Below, piece after piece: positions 36,576 to 47,029 of a DNA stretch of 64,000 nt. Each line of letters begins with the position of its first letter. The first letter of the stretch is position 1. The stretch lies in assembly GCF_006345805.1 (NCBI RefSeq), contig NC_042998.1, positions 207,266,001 to 207,330,000 of the forward strand, read 5' to 3'. The notes under the pieces were generated by a model. That model had not been told where the DNA came from, made no database searches, and saw only the letters and a list, made by a program, of their open reading frames with translations. Both the position numbers and the translations under genes were made by a program. Origin of the DNA: Octopus sinensis (taxonomy: Eukaryota).

Positions 36576-38276
36576 CCCACGCACACACTTTCACCCTCCC
36601 CTTTCCACAGCGCCATATTGTTTATACCACAGGAATTTATCGTCTGCGCTTTATAATGTCCCAGAGTTTTCTTTTTGTTCGTCATTCCATTTTTTTAAAA
36701 AAAATTCCATAACAGATAATGGAAAATGTCACTGATCGAAAGAAATTATCACAGTTTTCCTGCCGTCGCCGGTTGAGAAGTAGACCTGCATAAGAACAAG
36801 ACGATTGTCGATTTAAAGTTTTGTCCCCCGAAATGCTTTAAGTGCAGCGCAGCAAGCTAACAACACCAGATGTTCTCTAATTAGGCGATGTTGCATGCTG
36901 AGATAAAATGGAGAGTTGTACCATACAGGACGTTCATTAATAATTTAGTCAACTGAGATTTTATGGCTACGTAAAGCGAAACGCCAACTCTTAAAAATGA
37001 AAGACCAATACATCCGCAATGGCTGCGTAAACTGGTTGTAAAATTTACATGTGGGAAATGTCAATTTTTATGCATCGTTTTGAATACACGCGCACATAGG
37101 TGCAGGTGTGGCTGCGTGATAAGACGTTTGCTTCCCGACCACATGGTTTCAGATTCAGTCCCACTGCGGCACAACGTGGGCAAGTGTCTCCTACTAGAGC
37201 TTCGGGCCCCTTTGTTGCCGTACACACTCGCTAGCTGGATCTTTTCACTTTGACCGGCAGATTAAAAAAATAATTTCTTTGTGACTAAACACTTTTAAAC
37301 TTCGTATACTGGTAGAATGTGTTACATAAAGCATCCTTTTCTCTTGGCTTTCTTGAGAAAATTCTGTAGTTTGTAAGCTATTTGTTGTTAAAGTTCTTGC
37401 ATTTCGGCAATTTCAACCAATCAATGACGTCTATTGAGGTGAATACAATTTCTGCTGTTGTTTGTCAACAACAACTTCCTGCGGTCTCTATTTAGTTTGT
37501 CACTATTTCATATCAGTCACGTTCGTACGAATAAAAGATTGTGGGGTTAGGATTAGGGTTAGGTGTGGGGGAAAGGGTTTCTTTTTTCTTCAGAAATGTA
37601 AATAAACCTACGTGGGTTTATAAGTGACAGCGCCGGAAGCATACTGCAAAGGAATATTCCAGGTGAAAATCCATGATTTCACGAAATTTATGGAAGTATT
37701 AAGGGTGTGATTTTAGGCAGATTTAGCTGTTATTCCTAGCAAGTGGAACGACCAGACAGAAGCATTTAACAACCAAGAACCCGCATTAATATTGTCTGAA
37801 ATTTTATCACAAGGCCAGAAATTTTAAGAAGAGGGACAAGTCAATTACATCGACCCCGATGCTCAGCTGGTACTTTATTTTATAGGCCCCAAAAGGATGA
37901 AAAGTAAACTCGACCAGGGTGGAATTTGAACTCAGAAAGTATAGCGCCAGAAGAAATGCCACTGAACATTTTGTCCCACGCGCCCACAATTCTACCAGTT
38001 TTATTGCCTCGAGATTTTAAGTCAGTATGTAAGCCTATATAATAAGGCGGTGAGGCGGCGGTATCGTAAACATGTCGGGCAAAATGCTAAGCGCCATTTT
38101 GTTCGCCTTTATGTTCTGAGTTCAAATTTCGCCGAGGTCGACTTTGCCTTTCATCATTTAGGGCCCGATGAAATAAGTACCAGGTGATCACTGGAGCCGA
38201 TGTAATCAGCTTACTCTCTCCTCGAAATTCGTGGCCTTGTGCTAAAATCTGAAACCAATACTCAATTAAACCTGTA

Positions 38277-39263
38277 CAGTAATCCATCGACTATCGCGGC
38301 TGTTACGTTCCAAAACCTCCCACAAAAATAATTAAGATCTAAAAAACTATAAATACCTATCGGCCACAGAAACCCGCGATATACTGAGGAGACCGCGATA
38401 TAAATTTACATATACTTGACAGAAAAATCCGCGATGTACTATGTGCACGATAGGGGAACCGCAATGTACGTAGTGCGCGCTATGTGAACCGTGATGTACT
38501 GAGTGCGTGATGGGTGACCCGCGATGAACTGAATTACGCGGTAGGTGAACCTCGATGTACTCAATGCGTGATAGGTGAACCACAATGTACTGAGTGCACG
38601 ATAGGTGAACCACGATGTACTGAGTGCACGATAGGTGAACAGCGGTGTACTCAATGTGTGATAGGTGAACCACAATGTACTGAGTGCGTGATTTGCGAAC
38701 TGCGATGTACTGAGTGCGCAATAGGTGAACCACGATGTACTCAATGCGTGATAGGTGAACCACAATGTACTGAGTGCGCGATATGCGAACTGCGATGTAC
38801 TGAGTGCGTGATAGGTGAACCACGATGTACTCAATGCGTGATAGGTGAACCACAATGTACTGAGTGCGTGATATGCGAACTGCGATGTACTGAGTGCGCG
38901 ATAGGTGAACCACGATGTACTCAATGCGTGAAAGGTGAACCACAATGTACCGAGTGCGTGATATGCGAACTGCGATGTACTGAGTGCGCGATAGGTGAAC
39001 CACGATGTACTCAATGCGTGATAGGTGAACCACAATGTACTGAGTGCGTGATATGCGAACTGCGATGTACTGAGTGCGTGATAGGTGAACCACGATGTAC
39101 TCAATGCATGATAGGTGAACCACAATGTACTGAGTGCGCGATTGGTGAACCGCGATGTACTGAGTGCGCAATAGGTGAACCACGATGTACTGAGTGCGTG
39201 ATAGGTGAACAGCGATGTACTGAGTGCGCGATAGATGAACCGCGGTATAGCGAGGGATTAATG
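38277..39263. mobile_element. pogo/Tigger-like MITE with TA TSD, carrying an expanded 30-bp minisatellite
   Basis: TA-CAGTAATCCATCGACTATCGCGG at 38275 and CCGCGGTATAGCGAGGGATTAATG-TA ending 39265; imperfect about 25-bp TIRs. Confidence 0.75.
38430..39250. repeat. 30-bp minisatellite with 90-bp higher-order structure
   Basis: Units such as CACGATGTACTCAATGCGTGATAGGTGAAC, CACAATGTACTGAGTGCGTGATATGCGAAC and TGCGATGTACTGAGTGCGCGATAGGTGAAC cycle in order. Confidence 0.95.
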
Positions 39264-39549
39264 TATATTTAAATCTATCGTTTAAGAAATTATTTACGAA
39301 AGAAGTGCTTTTGATCTGTTGTTCTCTATAGCAGTTAGTTTCTGTGGACGGCTAAGTCTACCGAAGAATTGTTCTAATGCTGGTGTTGTTTTACTAACAA
39401 AGTGCCACAGTGTAGCTACGGTGACACAGGGCGCACGAAATGACACCATTTCACTGTGCCAAGTGCGATTCTCAATCAATTTTCTCCATCAAGAATATTA
39501 ATCTCTTATTCCTCACCACCTTCACAATGGCTCTTTTGAATTCCCTGCA

Positions 39550-39552
39550 AAA

Positions 39553-39607
<55 letters not shown>

Positions 39608-39627
39608 TAATAATGATGATGATAATG

Positions 39628-39660
<33 letters not shown>

Positions 39661-39710
39661 TAATAATAATAATAATAATGATAATATTAATAATAATAAT
39701 AATGATGATG

Positions 39711-39809
<99 letters not shown>

Positions 39810-39972
39810 TGATGATGATGATGATGATGATGATAATGATGAAGATGATGATGATGATGATGATAATGATGAAGATGATGATGATGATGATGATGATGAT
39901 GATAATGATGAAGATGATGTTGATGATGATGATGATGATGATGATGATGTTGATGATGATGATGATGATGGA

Positions 39973-40022
<50 letters not shown>

Positions 40023-40055
40023 CGACGACGACGACGATGATGATGATGATGATGA
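39550..40055. repeat. (AAT)n then (GAT)n microsatellite
   Basis: Direct reading. Confidence 0.95.
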
Positions 40056-40699
40056 GGAGGAAAAGACCATTCAGCCTTTAACCATGTAATTGTATTAACC
40101 ACACTGTTTAGTGTATTTCGTTAAATTATTTCTCATTAAAAACCCCAGAACTAATACGATGAAAAAGTTGAAATAAGGATTCGCATTCATTAAGCTAAAA
40201 ATGCTAATTAAAATAACAATCATTAAAAGAAAAACAAGCAACAACATAAACACTAAAGCAATTGAAGCCTATCCGTTAGTTTTTTTCTTCTATTTTTTTT
40301 TTGTGTTTCCAATGTGAAGGATTTTAAAATGATTGCGTTTTGACCAGGTGTAGTAAGTTTTTAAATTAAATTTCCATAAAATTTAATCATCTGTTTATTT
40401 TAATCAATTTTGCTTCAAACAATTTTCTTTTTTGTGAAATGTTTTAAATGGTTTTTATTTGTAGAAGTGAGGTGGCTAAAAATGTGAGATACGTCGTTCG
40501 AAGCTGAAAATATCTTGAATATTGCGTGTCAGGTGAATTCTTTCGTTCTTCTTTTCTTCTTATCCGTTTATTTTAATCAACAATTTTAAGAAATCTGTTG
40601 ATGAAAGAGTACCAAGAACTCTTGAAATATGAACAAACAACCCTTACCTATCTTTTCTGTCTCTGATCTCATTGTTTCCATAAACGTATTCGTTTACGA

Positions 40700-41490
40700 A
40701 AGGCGGCGGCGAGCTGGCAGAAACGTTAGCAAGCCGAGCGAAATGCTTAGCGGTATTTCATCTGCCGCTACGTTCTGAGTTGAAATTCCGCCGAGGTCGA
40801 CTTTGCCTTTCATCCTTTCGGGGTCGATTAAATAAGTACCAGTTACGCCCTGTGGTCGATATAATCGACTTGATCCGTTTGTCTGTCCTTGTTTGTCCTC
40901 TCTGTGTTTAGACCCCTGTGGGTAGTAAAGAAATAGGTATTTCGTCTGCCGCTACGTTCTGAGTTGAAATTCCGTCGAGGTCGACTTTGCCTTTCATCCT
41001 TTCGGGGTCGATTAAATAAGTACCAGTAACACACTGGGGTCGATACAATCGACTTAATCCGTGTGTCTGTCCTTGTTTGTCCTCTCTGTGTTTAGCCCCC
41101 TGTGGGTAGTAAAGAAATAGGTATTTCGTCTGCCGTTACGTTCTGAGTTGAAATTCCGTCGAGGTCGACTTTGCCTTTCATCCTTTCGGGGTCGATTAAA
41201 TAAGTACCAGTAACACACTGGGGTCGATACAATCGACTTAATCCGTGTGTCTGTCCTTGTTTGTCCCCTCCGTGTTTAGCCCCTTGTGGGTAGTAAAGAA
41301 ATAGGTATTTCGTCTGCTGCTACGTTCTGAGTTGAAATTCCGCCGAGGTCGACTTTGCCTTTCATCCTTTCGAGGTCGATTAAATAAGTACCAGTTACAC
41401 GCTGGGGTCGATACAACCGACTTAATCCGTGTGTCTGTCCTTGTTTGTCCCCTCTGTGTTTAGGCCCTTGTGGGTAGTAAAGAAATAGGT
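40700..41490 (+). mobile_element. SINE family C: one head plus four tandem bodies of about 184 bp
   Basis: GTATTTCRTCTG..TACGTTCTGAG starts at about 40753, 40937, 41121 and 41304. Confidence 0.9.
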
Positions 41491-41589
41491 ATTTGTTTAC
41501 GAACCGTTTTAACTTGCAATGCCGACACTAAATTTTATAGATAATCTATAGAGATGAACTTAAAAAATATTTCCACTCATAAAATCAAC

Positions 41590-42470
41590 AAAAAGAGCGG
41601 ACTTAATCTTATGGAACACAGAACGGAAAATTGGAATTTTTCTAGAGCTGACAGTCCCAGGGGAAGAGAACAGCGCTAACGCAGAGCAACGGAAGGAGAG
41701 GAGGTACGAGAGATTAATCGAAAAGTGCAGAGAATAGGGATGAACTGTCGAGTATTACCAACCTGGCAGTAGGGGTTAGGGGTTTTACTGAAAGGAAAAT
41801 GGCTACGTTATTTAAAAGTAGGTTTGCATTTTCGAGCTCAGAGCTGAGAAAAGTAATAAAGTAATGAAGAGGATACAGGAGGTAGTCATCTATATATGGC
41901 TGAAGCGAGAAGACCCAAAATTGCTTGAAAGCCATAACATGCCGACTGGGAAATAGCGTCGCTAGGTGAGGCTGGCTGGTTGGCTGACACTTAAGCAGCA
42001 TCGCTGATTAACAGGTAGGCTAAAGAATCGGTCTTGTTTATAGCGCACATATCTCCTGGTTCAGAGGCTTGTACCACCAAACAGCTGGTCGGCTCTGGCA
42101 GCTGGAACTGAAACTAACACGACACTGTTGGTTGGTTGAAGCCTAGACAGTGTCACGTGACAGCTGGTGCTGTCTGATGGAGCCTACCAATGAGTATTTA
42201 AAGGGAAATGTGTAGGATGGTCAGTCGCCCGCTGACATTCGTTGACGCTGCATTGAAGAAACCAAATAAAAAAATAAAAAAATGGAGAAAGAAGACACGC
42301 ACTCAACACCAGAGCTGAAGACATCTCCGAAAGGAGGGACCCCGCTATGTTGAAAACGGTAGAGGAATAGGGGCTAAAACTGGACGTGGTTCCTCTTGCT
42401 GATATCTAAAGCCACTGGATCCTATAAAGGAGCTGTTGAGGTCGCGAACCACGAAGTGTGGTTGGAATTC
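41590..42470 (+). mobile_element. Second HERO-like RLE LINE 3' fragment
   Basis: RADLILWNTERKIGIFLELTVPGEENSANAEQRKERRYERLIEKCRE..VGVRGF..YIWLKRED. Confidence 0.7.
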
Positions 42471-42477
42471 CTCCTAT

Positions 42478-42641
42478 AGGCGTAGGAGTGGCTGTGTGGT
42501 AAATAGCTTGCTTACCAACTGCATGGTTCCCGGTTCAGTCCCACTGCGTGGTACCTTGGGCAAGTGTCTTCTACTATAGCCTCGGGCCGACCACAGCCTT
42601 GTGAGTGGATTTGGTAGACGGAAACTGAAAGAAATCTGTCG

Positions 42642-42675
<34 letters not shown>

Positions 42676-42708
42676 TGTATGTATGTAGTATGTATGTATG
42701 TATGTATG

Positions 42709-42766
<58 letters not shown>

Positions 42767-42995
42767 GTGTGTATGTATGTGTGTGAATATGTTTGTGTGT
42801 CTGTCCCCCCCCCCCAACATCGCTTGACAACCGATGCTGGTGTGTTTACGTACCCGTAACTTAGCGGTTCGGCAAAAGGGCCCGATAGAATAAGTACTAG
42901 GCTTACAAAGAATAAGTCCTGTAGTAGATTTGCTCGACTAGATGCGGTGTTCCAGAATGGCCGCAGTCAAATGACTGAAACAGGTAAAGCGATAA
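42478..42995 (+). mobile_element. SINE family A, full length
   Basis: GGCGTAGGAGTGGCTGTGTGGTAAATAGC head through GCAGTCAAATGACTGAAAC tail. Confidence 0.9.
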
Positions 42996-42999
42996 AGTT

Positions 43000-43115
43000 T
43001 TAAAATTCTATTTCATTGTTGACGACTTCTTTTCAACGACTTGGTAGCTTGTCAATTCCTTGACGAAAGAAATCAGCGGGTCTTGTGTTGAAGAATTCAT
43101 CGAGCCATGTTTTAG
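43000..43115 (-). pseudogene. Mariner transposase C-terminal scrap
   Basis: KTWLDEFFNTRPADFFRQGIDKLPSR*KEVVNN. Confidence 0.5.
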
Positions 43116-43239
43116 CACAAGTGTCTTGAGTGGCTTTTGACAGCTTAGCAATCTTAAGTGAAAGCGAAGTGAAAGAGGTGTCAAAGAAGCTCATTGTTTT
43201 CTACCCGGCATCGTCTTAAACATACCGACACCAGCTACC

Positions 43240-43475
43240 AAGCGGTGGTAGGGGACAGAAACGTTAGCAGGCCGGGCGAAATGCTGAGCGGTATTTCGTC
43301 CGCCGCTGCGTTCTGAGTTCAAATTCCGCCGAGGTCGACTTTACCTTTCATCCTTTCGGGGTCGGTAAATTAAGTACCAGTTACGCACTGGGGTCGATAT
43401 AATCGAATTGATCCATGTGTCTGTCCTTGTTTGTCCCCTCTATGTTTAGCCCCTTGTGGGTAATAAAGAAATAGG
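43240..43475 (+). mobile_element. SINE family C
   Basis: Head, central domain and tail as in the other copies. Confidence 0.85.
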
Positions 43476-43582
43476 TGGTAGGGGACAAAAACAGACAGAC
43501 ACACGCACATGCATGCAAACGCACGCACACACACACATACACACATGCACATATACGTGCACGCACGCACACACACACACAC

Positions 43583-43629
<47 letters not shown>

Positions 43630-44037
43630 AGTGTCTATTATATTAGTAGCCGCTCGGTGATAGGAGAGAGTTTTTAAAGTTTCGAGTAATGGCTCTTCGT
43701 CGGAAGGGAGAAAGGAAAAAGCCCAAAGAAGAAGGAAAATCGCCAACGGTCCACGTATGGTTACATGCCTGGAATGACCGGAAGTGGAAGGAGATAGAGA
43801 AAGTGGGCTTTTGAGATAGATGGGTGTGAAGATGGTTAGTATGTGTGTGTGCGCGTGTATGGCAGTGTGTGTGTGTGTGGTAGTGACTGTGACTGTATAT
43901 GGTTGCGTGTGTGTGTGTAGAGGGATCTGTGTGCGTGAGGGTTAGTGTGTTTATGTGGCTCGAGAAAGATGCGTGAATGTGTGTGCGTGTGTGTTTGCGT
44001 GTGTGCGTAGACGAAATGGAAAAAGTGTGTGTGTGTA

Positions 44038-44342
44038 TGTTGTTTGTTCCTTCTCGAGCCATGCTTGGCTCATAAGGCCCGGTTTACCTGTTTCCTTGGC
44101 GTATAGGTTCCCCACCTGGACGGGACGCCGGTCCGTCACAGGTGAGCTGCAAGATGCAGGAGGAAAAAGTGAGAGAAAGTTATGGCGAAAGAGTCAGCAG
44201 AAATTCGCCTTTAGCTTCTGCCGGAGCCGCGTGGAGCTTAGGTGCTTTGCTCATAAACACACACATTGCCCGGCCTGAGATTCGAACCCGTGATCTCTCG
44301 ACCGCGGGTCCGCTGCTCTAGTCACTAGGCCATGTGCCTCCA
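44038..44342 (-). mobile_element. SINE family D
   Basis: Colinear with 2537-2853. Confidence 0.85.
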
Positions 44343-44399
44343 CTGTGTGTATGTGTGTGTACGTGCGTATGATTGCGTGTGTGTCCCTCTGTGTATCAT

Positions 44400-45029
<630 letters not shown>

Positions 45030-45034
<5 letters not shown>

Positions 45035-45376
45035 GTATAAAAGATCGTGGGTAAGGCCAAAACAATGCGAAGTGAATGCAAGGTAAATCACAAGAAAGTA
45101 AATATGTGAATTAATGTAGACTTACCTTGTATTCAATATTTCGGTGTTATGAACCCATTTCCAAGAAATTGACGATCCTCGGTAACATTCGTCAATTTCT
45201 TGAAAATGGGTTCATAACCCCGAAATATTGAATACAAGTTAAGTCTACATTAATTCACATATTTGCTTTCTTGTGATTTACTTTGGATTTACTTCACATT
45301 GATCTGGCCTTACCCACGATCTTTTATACAATATATTCTACACAATGCTTCATAGTAATTATTCAATCATATATAT
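45030..45376. mobile_element. Inverted pair of Penelope-like 3' UTR segments (146-bp arms, 13-bp spacer)
   Basis: 45030-45175 is the reverse complement of 45189-45334; the right arm matches 19705-19890. Confidence 0.85.
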
Positions 45377-45756
45377 CATTCGTCGTAATTGACCATCACA
45401 TATATTCCTGTATATTTGAAACCACGCTTTTTCCCAACTCGTGAGTAGACTTTTCCTTAACCACAAACTATTTTCATAATTTTCAAACGACCAAATATTT
45501 TCAAACACCTTCTGATAACTAAAGGATCACCCACACATTAAAAATTAGAAAAAGAGGGGGAAAAAAAAAGAAAAGAAAAGAAAGATAAAATAACTACAAG
45601 CTCATAATTCAAATACAAACTTCTCAGTATTACAACAAACATTCTGTACAATCAATTCTACATACTTCTCCTTAAAAAAAAAAAAAATAATAATAATTAA
45701 AAGTAATCAACAAAACGAACGAACAAAATAAAATTTAATAAAACATATCAACCAGA

Positions 45757-46880
45757 ATGGCTAGCCACCAAAAATCCAACAAAAACTGGTCTGATAATGA
45801 AGTCGACGTTCTTATCAACACATGGCATGGCCTTACCGAAACAGAGAGCATAGGTGCTTCGTGTCTGAACGAAATTGCTAAACGAACAGTTCACCATTTG
45901 CAAACTCGATCTGAACAGCAGATACAAAATAAATTAAAACAAATCGAAGTTGCTTTTAAATTAATAAATAAACACTTCGATAAACTGAGATGTATTTTCT
46001 CTTCGAACGCATCACCGGCGCAACAACAACAACAACCTCAACAACAACAAACTCAGCGGCAACAACAACAACAGCTACAGCAACAACAACAACTTCAGCA
46101 GCAACAACCTCAGAGGCAACAACAAACAACTCAACAACAACAAAGGATGAACCACTCCTTGATTCATCTACAATGGCCGATTTGCTAAATGAAACGATTG
46201 ACCCCCCAGTCATCAGGGTCACACAGCAGGAAGCACCACCCCTTCCTTTCACTGCCCCAGCAGCTCAATCATCATCATTGTCAACACCATCTCCTCTGCT
46301 TACTACTACTAGTACTACTTCCACTATATATCGACAAACATCTTTGTCTTGGAATCGACCTCCTCAATCATTACCACTGTCAACATCTCTTCTACCTACT
46401 ACTACTACTACTACAGCTACTACTACTAATGCTATCTCAAGGAATTTACCTCCTACAGGTCACAAAGTCGCCAAAAAACTTCAACAAACTATCATCTACA
46501 CCTTTCACAGCTCACACACACACACGCACCTACACACCCACTCGAAACCCCATCATTTGCCGATATTCTCTTCGCCATAGACTGTGCACTGATAGAGACT
46601 GCAAATTCACCCATTTACCTGGAACAAAACGCTCTATCCCCCAAAACTACAACAGCAACCACCATAATACAACATCACCAAAACCACAATATCTCAAACA
46701 AGGAATCCCCAATCTGCCGCTATTCCCAGCGAGACAGATTGTGCTTGCACAGGGATTGCCCCTTTACCCATCTCCGGGGACTCGTCGGACATATTAAAGA
46801 TACCACTCACATAAAAATAGCCGCGGCCACAGTCACCTGCGGTTCCCTAGACAGGAAACCACCTCTTCTTCCTCTTTTTT
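45757..46880 (+). CDS. LINE ORF1 (frameshifted): Myb/SANT-like trihelix domain, Thr/Gln-rich linker, two CCCH zinc fingers
   Basis: NWSDNEVDVLINTW..EIAKR..RSEQQIQNKLKQIEVAFK..HFDKLRCIF; CRYSLRHRLCTDRDCKFTH (46558) and CRYSQRDRLCLHRDCPFTH (46715); 3' end uncertain. Confidence 0.7.
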
Positions 46881-47029
46881 AGCTATAATGAATCTAGCAA
46901 AAGAACTGGAAAAAAACATCCGAGCTATCACCCACCGCCATCCACCACTATTACCCCACTACACATGCCATAAAAAGCAATCAAATAAACAAATCACCAA
47001 AACAATTAAAACATCCACTCTCGCCTCAA

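Noticed and set aside
37545-37564. Interstitial telomere
   Set aside because: Only two or three imperfect TTAGGG units, inside what looks like a dispersed repeat.
38430-39250. CRISPR array
   Set aside because: The units are contiguous with no unique spacers, there are no cas genes, and the context is eukaryotic.
38514-39272. 252-aa Cys-rich (CxxC) ORF as a metallothionein- or zinc-finger-like gene
   Set aside because: It coincides exactly with a 30-bp minisatellite inside a MITE, two antisense frames are equally open, and there are no splice or promoter signals. Kept only as a remark in the MITE finding.
40753-41490. SINE C tandem unit as a hammerhead retrozyme
   Set aside because: No CUGANGA..GAAA core was found on either strand of the 184-bp unit.
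42308-42360. Hammerhead in the HERO-like 3' UTR (CTGAAGA..GAAA)
   Set aside because: Stem II closes out of register with GAAA, and no stem I or III could be formed.
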